The notes beneath the pieces were generated by a model. That model was given only the letters and a program-made list of their open reading frames with translations, did no database searches and had not been told where the DNA came from. The position numbers were made by a program, and so were the translations under genes. A DNA stretch of 14,668 bases from an uncultured Planctomycetales bacterium (GTDB taxonomy: Bacteria; Planctomycetota; Planctomycetia; Isosphaerales; Isosphaeraceae): NCBI GenBank assembly GCA_937997355.1, contig CALKTZ010001087.1, positions 1 to 14,668 of the forward strand. The letters are read 5' to 3'. How positions within the stretch are numbered: position 1 is the first letter of the stretch; every line of letters starts with the position of its first letter. Positions 1 through 7,569 of the stretch are shown here, piece after piece.

Positions 1-129
1 GGTCCTACACCCGCAAGGCCCCCCGATCGAGGCAACCCCTCGAACCGGGGGGCCTTCTCATGCGCGCACATCATTTCTTGCCGACCTTTTTTGACCCTCT
101 CGGTCGGCTCCGCCCTCCACCTCCGAGGG

Positions 130-285
130 ACTACTGCCATACTTTTTGCTCAGGTATATTGAAATTGTCTTTACCTGGGCAGATGTGTCTTTGCGCTCCA
201 TTGTGGAGGCATTGATTCAAATGAGACATCATGTCGTAGCTGTCTTGATATGCCTTGACAATTGCGCGATGAGTTTGGGCGCCGA
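130..285. promoter_or_regulatory. Low-GC (~43% GC) island in an otherwise ~65-70% GC window; contains a perfect sigma70-type -35 hexamer TTGACA (255-260) and other TTGAnA-like hexamers; likely promoter/leader region for the downstream + strand gene
   Basis: Seen in sequence: AT-rich stretch 'tactttttgctcaggtatattgaaattgtctttacc...tgtcttgatatgccttgacaattgcgcg'. No convincing coding periodicity. Function inferred only from composition and hexamer resemblance. Confidence 0.25.
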
Positions 286-877
286 TGGACCGCCCCAGCC
301 TTTGGCGGGCCACGCCCGGCTTCCGAGCGGGCGAGACATTGAATATGTCCTGCATTTTGACCGTAATTCGCTTCAATCAAGTTTACGCCTTTCGAGCGGC
401 CTGCTCGCGCTCACATCTTCCGGCGTCCTCGTTCGTTTCGAGCTTCCCAGTTATCGATCCGCCCGAGAGCAGTTCGAAGCCGGCGAGGTGACCTGCCTTT
501 GTCGAGGGAAGGGCGAAGAGGCACTCGTGGGGCTGGCTGATGGTCGAGTTTGCCGAGTCAATCCGCTGACCCTCGAACTTGTCGAGTTATTCAGATTTTC
601 TGCATCGGTTGCCTGGATCGGTTGGGGTGAGGCCGTGGGAGTTCGTCCTGCTGGCTTGGTCATCGTCACGCGCCCGACGAAGCCCGTCGAGCGATATGGT
701 CGGCATTGGGATGTGCCTTATCTCGTGATTCACGATATGCCACGCGGAAGACGTACACACTGGATGATGAACGAACGACATTTTTGCTCGACGAGCGAGC
801 CCGGCTCTGGATGGGTCTCGACAAGGGTGAATGGGGTGGGAGGGTCACTCGGGTTGATCTGGATCGGGGGACGATGA
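146..877 (+). CDS. N-terminal fragment (frame 2) of a probable disrupted beta-propeller-like protein. The true start is more likely an internal Met near 269, because the first ~120 nt are low-GC and non-coding-like.
   Basis: ORF track; motifs such as 'LVGLADGRVCRVNPLTLELV' and 'VAWIGWGEAVGV' resemble the Reg_prop/beta-propeller repeats of the downstream ORF. GC3 bias is weak in 541-600, so the coding call is tentative. Confidence 0.25.
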   Translation: MLRYIEIVFTWADVSLRSIVEALIQMRHHVVAVLICLDNCAMSLGADGPPQPLAGHARLPSGRDIEYVLHFDRNSLQSSLRLSSGLLALTSSGVLVRFELPSYRSAREQFEAGEVTCLCRGKGEEALVGLADGRVCRVNPLTLELVELFRFSASVAWIGWGEAVGVRPAGLVIVTRPTKPVERYGRHWDVPYLVIHDMPRGRRTHWMMNERHFCSTSEPGSGWVSTRVNGVGGSLGLIWIGGR

Positions 878-1056
878 CCGAGATCGAGCCGCCGCCAGCC
901 AAGGAGCCTGATCGCCGAGCGTTTTGGGAAGGAGTCTACGGCTTCATCGAGATTCATGAAGGACAGGTATGGGTCTACGGCGGCACCTCGCACATGGGGT
1001 TCAATTCGGGAATTATCGTGCGAGTCGACGAGGGGAAAGCTCGTCCGGTGGCGTAA
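706..1056 (+). CDS. Middle fragment (frame 1) of the same propeller-like gene; predicted TTG start; ends at an in-frame TAA (1054-1056)
   Basis: Hand-computed GC3 in 841-900 is ~75% in this frame versus 45-60% in the others. The repeat 'LWMGLDKGEWGGRVTRVDLDRGTMTEI' resembles Reg_prop repeats. Frame 1 opens at 631 with no start codon, overlapping the frame-2 ORF, which points to a frame change. Confidence 0.4.
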   Translation: MGCALSRDSRYATRKTYTLDDERTTFLLDERARLWMGLDKGEWGGRVTRVDLDRGTMTEIEPPPAKEPDRRAFWEGVYGFIEIHEGQVWVYGGTSHMGFNSGIIVRVDEGKARPVA

Positions 1057-1161
1057 TTCGTCCCTCCGCCCCGCAAGATCGTCGAGGATTCCGAGGAGGG
1101 TGAGAAGCCGCGCGATCATTCCGAAATTCAAGAGGAGCCGAGCGATCCTAATCGGCCGTGC

Positions 1162-2409
1162 ATGCCGATCACGCATATTGTCGAGGAGAAAGATGGCTTA
1201 TTGGTCCTTTCCTACAGCGATCGATTTCGCACCGATCGGGCGTTGAAGAACTGGAAACGAGTCGAACCCCTTTCGATCCACTATCGCTGGGGGCGTCCCG
1301 ATGCCGTGGGGACTTATCCATCGGTCCGGGGGGTCCACCCGCCGCTCCGACGCGGAGAGCCTTACATTTTCGCCACGGTCGCCGATGGTTACGTGACGAC
1401 GGACGGTGCGAAGTCGATTCCCCATGGAATCCCCGGCCAACTCGGCTTATCGAGTGCCTATCAAGTTGAAGACAGTTCGGAGGGGATTTTGGTGTTCGAT
1501 CGCGATTCCCGAGAACCCCCCTGGAGATTCGGCGCGAAAGGTTGGGAGGTGACTTCGTTCTCTCCCTCGTTCGAGATCGACCCGGGCAACAACGCTGCCG
1601 ATTTCGAGGCCGATTCGAAGGAATGGGATGAGAGCCGAGTGCTGATCGGTCCAGGGGGCGCGATCTTCTCGGTGAACGGCTCCGGTGCGAGCCCTGGAAC
1701 CCGGACCACGGGCCGATTTGTTGCGGGGAAGGCCGAGCGACTCGGCCGCGAGACTTCCGGCCTGAATCCGTCTTCGTCGTTCATCACGGCCGATGGTACG
1801 CTCTGGAATTCTTCGTTCGAGGATTTGCAGCGATTCGAGGGTGGCGAATGGAACGTTGTGCTTCACGTGCCGAGGTCGGACGAAGCCCCCTCCGGCAGGG
1901 GGCTTCCCTCCCGATTAAAACCGATCAATAAACAAGGTTCGCCTTGGTTCCTGCTCGACTCCTCCGACAAGGATCTCTGGCGTTTGGATCCGGGCTCGCG
2001 TGATCGCCAGCCGTCTCTGGCACGGGTGGAGATCCGAGAAAGGAAGAAACCGCTGAAGATTACGGCGGCGATCCCCTGGTCCGATGGGACATTGCTGCTC
2101 GCGACAGACGGCGGCCTCCGCATATACGACCCGGTTGCCCGAATCCTCTCGAAAGTTGACTTTCAGGAGCCAACTCGGCCTGTGATGGCCCTCGCTCGTG
2201 ATGGCCTCGGGCGACTCTGGATCGGAACGGACAGGGGTCTCAGGATGCGCGAAGCGGGCGGAAAATCCCTGGAAATCTTCGATTCCGTGCCGTTGGTTTG
2301 GGACCAGCCCGTTTACTCACTGGCCGCCGATCCCAGTCATGAGGATGGGATCATCGCGGCGCTCGGTTCTCGGGGCGTGGCGTTTATCCAGGCTCCCGCC
2401 AGGCCATGA
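1162..2409 (+). CDS. Beta-propeller repeat protein with two-component-regulator-propeller (Reg_prop/Y_Y_Y-like) repeats and no kinase domain; probably the C-terminal part of the disrupted upstream gene
   Basis: Repeats 'TADGTLW', 'LLATDGGLRIYDP', 'ARDGLGRLWIGTDRGLRM' match the Reg_prop signature (D.G.LWIGT..GL). No signal peptide at this ATG. The 105 nt upstream (1057-1161) is open in the same frame and encodes an acidic linker. Confidence 0.6.
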   Translation: MPITHIVEEKDGLLVLSYSDRFRTDRALKNWKRVEPLSIHYRWGRPDAVGTYPSVRGVHPPLRRGEPYIFATVADGYVTTDGAKSIPHGIPGQLGLSSAYQVEDSSEGILVFDRDSREPPWRFGAKGWEVTSFSPSFEIDPGNNAADFEADSKEWDESRVLIGPGGAIFSVNGSGASPGTRTTGRFVAGKAERLGRETSGLNPSSSFITADGTLWNSSFEDLQRFEGGEWNVVLHVPRSDEAPSGRGLPSRLKPINKQGSPWFLLDSSDKDLWRLDPGSRDRQPSLARVEIRERKKPLKITAAIPWSDGTLLLATDGGLRIYDPVARILSKVDFQEPTRPVMALARDGLGRLWIGTDRGLRMREAGGKSLEIFDSVPLVWDQPVYSLAADPSHEDGIIAALGSRGVAFIQAPARP

Positions 2410-2432
2410 GTCGGCCGGAGAGGACTCAGGAC

Positions 2433-3302
2433 TCAACGTCCCGCATCCTCGCCCGATCCGCCCTCGCTGTGAAGGAGAGTCCAAAAGGCCAACAACGCTA
2501 GGATCGCGAGATCGGCGAACAGGAGCGGGGCGAAGGCCGGTGCGCCGTAGAGGAATCGGTCGACGAAGCTCGCCGCCGGCTGCGCCAGGTTGGCCCGGAC
2601 ATGGAAGTAGAATCCCAGCACCCCGACGCCGATTTGCGCCACGATCACCCAGGCTGATAACGCGATGAGGGGCCGATTATCGGGGAAAATCATGACGGCG
2701 GCGAGGAATCCGATGGCGGCTGCCGAGGCGACGACGCCGATCCATTCTTCGGGCTGGAAGAAGCCGTTCTGGGCATGGTCGGCCAGGCTCAGGGCGAAGT
2801 TCCCCACAAATCCGCCGAGGCTCAGCACGATCAGCCAACGTCCCCAGGCTTCTGATCGCGAATCGACCATCCGATTGAGGAGGATCAGAAGGCCGACCCC
2901 GGTATACGAGAGTGGGGCAACGAATGGAGCGGAATAGACCAAATTCTTGAGTGTCGCCTCGCGGAAGAACTGACTCTCCAGATGGAATAGGAGCCCCGCG
3001 ATTCCAACGGCGACCGCGCCCCAGCCCACGGCCGTCCCTAGCCGCCGCGCCAGTTTCTGTCGACCCCCGATGCGTCCTTCGGTCTCGGCACCCGGAAGAG
3101 TCGGCCGGAGACCGCCGAGCCACATGGCCAGTAGCAGGACGATCGTCCCCATCACGGAGAAGATCACCGGCACCCACTCGGCGCGATGCGCGAAGGCGTT
3201 GATGGCGTGGGCGATCGCGATGTCAACCGCCAGGAACGCGATGTTGTTGACTGCGAAAATCTCGGCATAGGCCAGGGGGTCGGCCCACCATTTACTTCGC
3301 AT
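2433..3302 (-). CDS. Polytopic inner-membrane protein (~8 predicted TM helices) with conserved His in or near helices (possible haem-b/quinone site); last gene of the multihaem cytochrome operon; family not recognised
   Basis: ORF track (maximal ORF to 3332; start chosen at Met11 = 3302, 'MRSKWW...', giving an 11-nt overlap with the upstream stop at 3292). Eight hydrophobic 18-25-aa segments. Same strand and overlapping the cytochrome ORFs. Confidence 0.65.
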   Translation of the reverse strand: MRSKWWADPLAYAEIFAVNNIAFLAVDIAIAHAINAFAHRAEWVPVIFSVMGTIVLLLAMWLGGLRPTLPGAETEGRIGGRQKLARRLGTAVGWGAVAVGIAGLLFHLESQFFREATLKNLVYSAPFVAPLSYTGVGLLILLNRMVDSRSEAWGRWLIVLSLGGFVGNFALSLADHAQNGFFQPEEWIGVVASAAAIGFLAAVMIFPDNRPLIALSAWVIVAQIGVGVLGFYFHVRANLAQPAASFVDRFLYGAPAFAPLLFADLAILALLAFWTLLHSEGGSGEDAGR

Positions 3303-3729
3303 GGACTTCGGCCTCGCCTGTCTTCTTCTCACGTATTTCGCCGGCCAAACGCTCCAACTCCCTCAGCTTGCTGTACACTTCATAGAAGCCATGCCACTGG
3401 ACGAAGTCGGCCCCTCCCATGAAGGCCCCGTGCTTGGCGGTCCGTCCGCCATAGTGCCAGAGATCGAAGTAGATCAACTCGATCGGCTCATCCATCGGGT
3501 CGGGGGTCAGCAGTTTCTCGTCTCGGAGCTTCTTCATCACGGCTTCGGCCTTGCGCACGTAATCGTTGACCGAGCCTACCACCGATTCCGCCTCCTTGTA
3601 GAAGGTTTCGATCCTGGGAGACGTGTGGCACTTTTTGCAGGTCTCCTTCATCTCGGTCTGGCCGGTCTGGAAGTTGGGGCGTTTATCCGAGACGGCCGCG
3701 AAGAGGTAGTACGACAGACGTTCCGTCAT
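3292..3729 (-). CDS. C-terminal segment of a multihaem cytochrome c carrying the 8th haem-binding motif (CKKCH); no signal peptide of its own. Most likely the frame-shifted continuation of the upstream heptahaem ORF.
   Basis: Protein 'MTERLSYYLFAAVSDKRPNFQTGQTEMKETCKKCH...' contains one CXXCH. It overlaps the upstream ORF (3683-3729) in a different frame. Its own frame has a TGA 10 codons upstream of the ATG. Confidence 0.5.
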   Translation of the reverse strand: MTERLSYYLFAAVSDKRPNFQTGQTEMKETCKKCHTSPRIETFYKEAESVVGSVNDYVRKAEAVMKKLRDEKLLTPDPMDEPIELIYFDLWHYGGRTAKHGAFMGGADFVQWHGFYEVYSKLRELERLAGEIREKKTGEAEVHAK

Positions 3730-4540
3730 GCGTGAACTTCTGGCCTTCCAGGCCGCTCATGTGGCATGTGGCGCAGGTCGGGACGGGCATATCGGCGGTG
3801 GTGAGGTGCTTCGGATCGGCGTCGAGGTTCATGCGAAAGCGCTGGGCGTTGAACAGGACACCATGCTTCGATTCGTGATAGATCTCGATCTGCGAATGAT
3901 CCGGCCCCATGTGGCACTGGCCGCAGGTTTCGGGGAGCCTCGCCAACTCGACCGAGGCGGCATGCCGGGCGTGGCAGGCGGTGCATGAGCCGATCGAACC
4001 GTCCTTGTTCGGCTTGCCGATGTCATGGCACTTCAAGCAGCCGGACCCCATCGCCTCCTTCCCCTCCATGAGCCCCACGGGATGGGGATCCCGATCGACC
4101 CCCTTGGGATGGAATTTCTCGGAGAAGGCGATTTGCTCGGTGGTGAAATCCTTCTTGCCGGTGACGGACGCCCAGGCGGGGGCCGCGTGCCGGCTTTGGA
4201 GATACTGGTCGTACTGGGTCTTGTGGCATCCGGCGCAGTTGGCCGCCGTCACCTTGGTGTTGATGACGAATCCTCGGTGATCCATCTTGTCCTGGCCGGC
4301 CGCCGGCTGATGGCAGTCCAGGCAGTTGATCCCCTTGCTGCTGTGCTTGCTCAGCTCGAATTCGTGGACGATGGCCGAGGTTTCCTGGCGGTGGCACTCG
4401 GCGCATTTGCCCGAGGCCCGGGCCAGGGGGGCCGTCGGCTGAAACCGTTCGACGGCGGGACGCTTCGCATTCAGCAGAAACGCCGAGACGACCAACGCCG
4501 TGCCCAGGAAGATTGCCAGGAACACTCCTCGGAATGACAT
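3683..4540 (-). CDS. Secreted/periplasmic multihaem c-type cytochrome with seven CXXCH motifs and an N-terminal signal anchor; with 3292-3729 it forms a probable octahaem cytochrome (HAO/ONR/Otr-like size class)
   Basis: Motifs seen: CAECH, CLDCH, CAGCH, CLKCH, CTACH, CGQCH, CATCH. Start chosen at Met35 (4540, 'MSFRGVFLAIFLGTALVVSAFLL', signal peptide; RBS-like GAGGGAGAGGG upstream); maximal ORF reaches 4642. Confidence 0.8.
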   Translation of the reverse strand: MSFRGVFLAIFLGTALVVSAFLLNAKRPAVERFQPTAPLARASGKCAECHRQETSAIVHEFELSKHSSKGINCLDCHQPAAGQDKMDHRGFVINTKVTAANCAGCHKTQYDQYLQSRHAAPAWASVTGKKDFTTEQIAFSEKFHPKGVDRDPHPVGLMEGKEAMGSGCLKCHDIGKPNKDGSIGSCTACHARHAASVELARLPETCGQCHMGPDHSQIEIYHESKHGVLFNAQRFRMNLDADPKHLTTADMPVPTCATCHMSGLEGQKFTHDGTSVVLPLRGRLG

Positions 4541-4771
4541 CGGTCCCTCTCCCTCTCGCGCCGATTGATGCGATGGTCCGGATGACTGTTCGAGATAACC
4601 GAGGAGCCTTCGATCCGCAAGCCCGAACTTCCGACGCGCCATCTCCCGGCAGATCCGGCTTCCGTCCTCGATGTGATCGACCGATGATTCGGGTGGTCCG
4701 GCTCGCTATGATGGTCCGAGACAAAGACGATCTTGATCTCGTTGAATCGATCACCTCGGGAAGTACCGGCA
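4541..4771. promoter_or_regulatory. Divergent intergenic/promoter region between the cytochrome operon (-) and the secreted hydrolase (+); contains direct repeats of GATGGTCCG (4572-4580, 4711-4719) plus GTGGTCCGG (4693-4701)
   Basis: Repeats seen directly in the sequence. The regulatory role is inferred from position between divergently transcribed genes. Confidence 0.3.
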
Positions 4772-6349
4772 ATGAAGCACGTTTTTGCGATGATTGCGCT
4801 CGGGACGCTTTGCGTGACGGCGGTTCCCCGGCTCTCGGCCAGGGAGGTCGAATTCTCGCTCCGGAGTCGAGACGCCGAAGGCAAACCGATGGTCACGAAG
4901 GAACGGATCGATCCGGGCAAGATCGGCATCGTCGTCGTCGATATGTGGAACTTTCACTGGTGCAAGACGGCGACGATGCGAGTCGCGGCCCTGGTCCCTC
5001 GGATGAATCGGGTTTTGAACGTGGCGCGCGATCAGGGGATGACCGTGATGCTCTGCCCGTCCGACGTGGTCGACAATTATGTCGGATGGCCGCAGCGCGA
5101 GAAAATCTTCTCGATGCCGCGCCATACGGTTCCTCCCCTCCAGAAGATCGAGTGTCCCAATCCGCCCAACGGCGGAGGCTGCGCATGCGGCCGGGAGCGT
5201 TGTGTGGTGAACTACGGCTGGGACGGCATGCATCCCGATCTCGCGATCGCCGACGACGATCTGATGCCCGATACCCTGGAAGATGTTTATTCGATCTGCA
5301 AGGAACGCGGGCTCACCCATTTGATCTACTTCGGCGTGCATACCCAGGTTTGCCTGCTCGGCAAGCCGATGGGGCTTCGAAACCTCAAGTCGGCCGGCTT
5401 GAAATGCATTCTGGCTCGCGATCTGACCGACGCCCACCCCGGTTACAAGCCGGAAATTGAATTCACGCCCGACAAGCATACGGCCGAAGTGGTCGAGCAC
5501 TTCGAGCGTTACCTGGCCCCCAGCGTCGACATGACCGAGGAGGTCAAGAAGCAGGGGCTCTGGAATACCAAGGAGGCCGTCGACCCGGTGCGGATCACTC
5601 CCTGGGGAACGCGGATGCGCCCTCATCTTTTCGAGAAGGATGTGGTCGTCACTCTCACCGCCCCGCGCGATCCGGATGCGGAAATCCGCTACACCGCCGA
5701 TCCGAGCCGCCCCATCGCGGAATGGAACGTCTACACCAGGCCGTTGACGCTCTCCGAAACGACGCAACTTACGGCCTTCGCGTTCCGGGGGGGCGCACCG
5801 ATCAGCACGAAATCCGAGGGAAGCTTCGCGAAGCTATCGGAGATTCCTCCGAAGCCTGATCGGCATCTGTCGGATCTCACGCCGGTCCGGGCGGTCGGTC
5901 CCGGCCATAGCTATAACAATCAAACCCGGTTCTCGGCGCACAGCAACCCGCCCCGCAAGGATCGGAGTAACGAGGACAAGGTACTCCGCCTCCGCCGGCA
6001 AGATTACGCCAAGGGGATCGGCGTCCATGCCCCCTGTCAGCTCATGTATGAGCTCCGCCCCGAATACAAGCGGTTCGTCGCGCTGGCGGGGGTCGATGAA
6101 CATCTTCTCGAAGTTGCGAGCGGCTCGAACGTTGCCAAGTATCCCAGCGTGGTGTTCAAGGTGTTCATCGACGGCCGGGAAGCTGCCGCGAGTCCCGTGA
6201 TGAGGGTTGCCACGCTCCCCTGGCGATTCGATGTCCCCATCCCCGCGAACTCCCGGTCGATCAGCCTGGTGGCGACCGATGCCGGGGATGGGAATCGGGA
6301 AGACCTGGCCAATTGGGTCGATGCGGGGTTCGTCGTTTCCGAGCGATGA
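4772..6349 (+). CDS. Secreted multidomain hydrolase: N-terminal isochorismatase-like (cysteine hydrolase) domain, central chitobiase/hexosaminidase C-terminal-like (CHB_HEX_C) beta-sandwich, C-terminal NPCBM (GH98-type putative carbohydrate-binding) domain
   Basis: Signal peptide 'MKHVFAMIALGTLCVTAVPRLSA'. 'IGIVVVDMWNFHWC' resembles the isochorismatase 'VLVIDMQNDF' motif. 'EIRYTADPSRP...TTQLTAFAF' resembles CHB_HEX_C. 'YAKGIGVHAPCQLMYEL...FKVFIDGREAA...LVATDAGDGNREDLANWVDAGF' matches the NPCBM signature. The ORF track begins at TTG 4733; ATG 4772 is preferred. Confidence 0.8.
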   Translation: MKHVFAMIALGTLCVTAVPRLSAREVEFSLRSRDAEGKPMVTKERIDPGKIGIVVVDMWNFHWCKTATMRVAALVPRMNRVLNVARDQGMTVMLCPSDVVDNYVGWPQREKIFSMPRHTVPPLQKIECPNPPNGGGCACGRERCVVNYGWDGMHPDLAIADDDLMPDTLEDVYSICKERGLTHLIYFGVHTQVCLLGKPMGLRNLKSAGLKCILARDLTDAHPGYKPEIEFTPDKHTAEVVEHFERYLAPSVDMTEEVKKQGLWNTKEAVDPVRITPWGTRMRPHLFEKDVVVTLTAPRDPDAEIRYTADPSRPIAEWNVYTRPLTLSETTQLTAFAFRGGAPISTKSEGSFAKLSEIPPKPDRHLSDLTPVRAVGPGHSYNNQTRFSAHSNPPRKDRSNEDKVLRLRRQDYAKGIGVHAPCQLMYELRPEYKRFVALAGVDEHLLEVASGSNVAKYPSVVFKVFIDGREAAASPVMRVATLPWRFDVPIPANSRSISLVATDAGDGNREDLANWVDAGFVVSER

Positions 6350-6386
6350 ACCCGCGCAATACCTCGATTTCGCCCGATTGGGCGAG

Positions 6387-6415
6387 GCGCGGCCCGGCTC
6401 TAGCTCGGGCCGCGC
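6387..6415. terminator. GC-rich palindromic hairpin (gcgcggcccg-gctctagct-cgggccgcgc, 10-bp perfect stem) between convergent genes; putative bidirectional intrinsic terminator without a U-tract
   Basis: Seen in sequence; lies between the stop at 6347-6349 (+) and the stop at 6426-6428 (-). Confidence 0.45.
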
Positions 6416-6425
6416 TCGATGACCA

Positions 6426-7343
6426 TTACGACTTGCTTCGAGGTTCCACGATCTTCACCTGGAACGTATGGCTCGGCAGGCCGAGGTGCCCCTGGTCTTC
6501 GGCGCGGGCATAGAGGGTGTAGGTTCCGGGCGAGAGCGGGGTCGAAACTCGGAGGCGATACTGGCCGAGATTGTTGGTGTTTGTCTGGCCGATGACCTCG
6601 CCCTGAGTGTTGATGAGCTGGATCGCGGTCCCCTTCGCATAGGTGCCCACATAATAGGGACGCGATTGCCCGGTCACGGCGAGGGTGGGATTCACCTGCG
6701 TCCCCGTGTTCTTCGCGATCTGCGGGATCTGGGGCGCGGGGAGCGGCTTGCCGATCGAGAGGGCCGTTTGCAGGACGAGCGTGTAGTCGTTGGTCGCCAG
6801 GAAGACCGGCTGGATACTCGCCGTGTCGACCTGAGTGACGAGCGTGTTCAGGGATGTGCTGAGCTTGTCGACGGCGTCATCCGGCGCCCCCGCCGCCTGG
6901 AGGACCTGGACGAAGGCTTGATGGAGCTTCCTCGCATCCCCCGTCGACAGGCTGACGTTGGGGACGATCTTGCGGAGGGTGAGGTTGAACGAGTTGAGGA
7001 CCGAGGTTCCCGGCCGGTGGAACTGCACCTCCAGCTTGGTGAGCCCATCCTGAATTTCGCCCACGAGATCCTTGGGCAAGAATCGGCCGGGCTGCAATCC
7101 CAGCATATACCTTGGCAGGTTTTCGACCCGCTGCTGCTTCTGCTGGTAGGTGATCGCCAGGTCGGCGGTGTTGTTGTTGGAAGGGGAGCCGAAGACATTG
7201 GTGGTCGTGGCCATCAACTTGCGGGCTTCCAGGTCGTCGGAAGCCGGGATGAAGCGGCGGCGGTGGCGGTCCATCGCAACGAGTCTCCTTGTCGAGAACC
7301 ACGACGAATTCGGCGAACTTGGCTGAATCGAAGCCCTTCGCAA
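6426..7343 (-). CDS. Hypothetical protein, Asn/Gln/Thr-rich, with a C-terminal Ig-like/carboxypeptidase-regulatory-like beta-sandwich ('GQYRLRVSTPLSPGTYTLYARAED'); no obvious signal peptide; start uncertain (Met1 7343, Met24 7274 or Met44 7214)
   Basis: ORF track; 246-bp untranslated gap to the upstream CYTH gene on the same strand. The amino-acid composition is atypical for the window. Confidence 0.5.
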   Translation of the reverse strand: MRRASIQPSSPNSSWFSTRRLVAMDRHRRRFIPASDDLEARKLMATTTNVFGSPSNNNTADLAITYQQKQQRVENLPRYMLGLQPGRFLPKDLVGEIQDGLTKLEVQFHRPGTSVLNSFNLTLRKIVPNVSLSTGDARKLHQAFVQVLQAAGAPDDAVDKLSTSLNTLVTQVDTASIQPVFLATNDYTLVLQTALSIGKPLPAPQIPQIAKNTGTQVNPTLAVTGQSRPYYVGTYAKGTAIQLINTQGEVIGQTNTNNLGQYRLRVSTPLSPGTYTLYARAEDQGHLGLPSHTFQVKIVEPRSKS

Positions 7344-7569
7344 TCAGCAAGATCCGACGGAACTTCGGCTTAACGTTCGGAACCTGATCGAGGCAAGAAA
7401 CATGGCCCATTCATGAACCGTTCGACGGCATCGATCCGTCGATCTCAAACGCCAAGTCACACCGAAGCGAGGCGAGCCGGGCGACAAAAAGAGATGACTT
7501 TCCCGGACTCGCGATCGAGATGTGTTGCCGCGCATCGCCCACGAATCGGGTCGATGCGGCCCGCTTGTA

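Noticed and set aside
1-60. tRNA-like T-loop 'ccccGGTTCGAgggg' (minus strand) and an imperfect long hairpin at the window start
   Set aside because: No matching acceptor stem or CCA context and no anticodon arm could be built, so it is probably just a GC hairpin downstream of an off-window gene. I could not support calling it a tRNA or tmRNA fragment.
131-376. 81-aa minus-strand ORF in the low-GC island
   Set aside because: No recognisable motif; it overlaps the probable promoter/leader region. Its composition reflects the AT-rich stretch rather than the codon usage of the window.
4023-5767. Long alternate-frame ORFs (4023-4772 -, 4513-5460 +, 4751-5767 -, 4893-5186 -) with Arg/Pro/Gly-rich translations
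   Set aside because: Typical shadow ORFs of high-GC DNA. They overlap the well-supported cytochrome and hydrolase genes, which have recognisable domains and signal peptides. The low-complexity Arg-rich composition is the hallmark of off-frame translation.
6468-7410. ORFs 6468-7373 (+), 6848-7198 (-) and 6877-7410 (-) overlapping the 305-aa gene
   Set aside because: Arg/Gly/Pro-rich off-frame translations with no domain content. The listed 6426-7343 frame has at least the Ig-like C-terminal motif.
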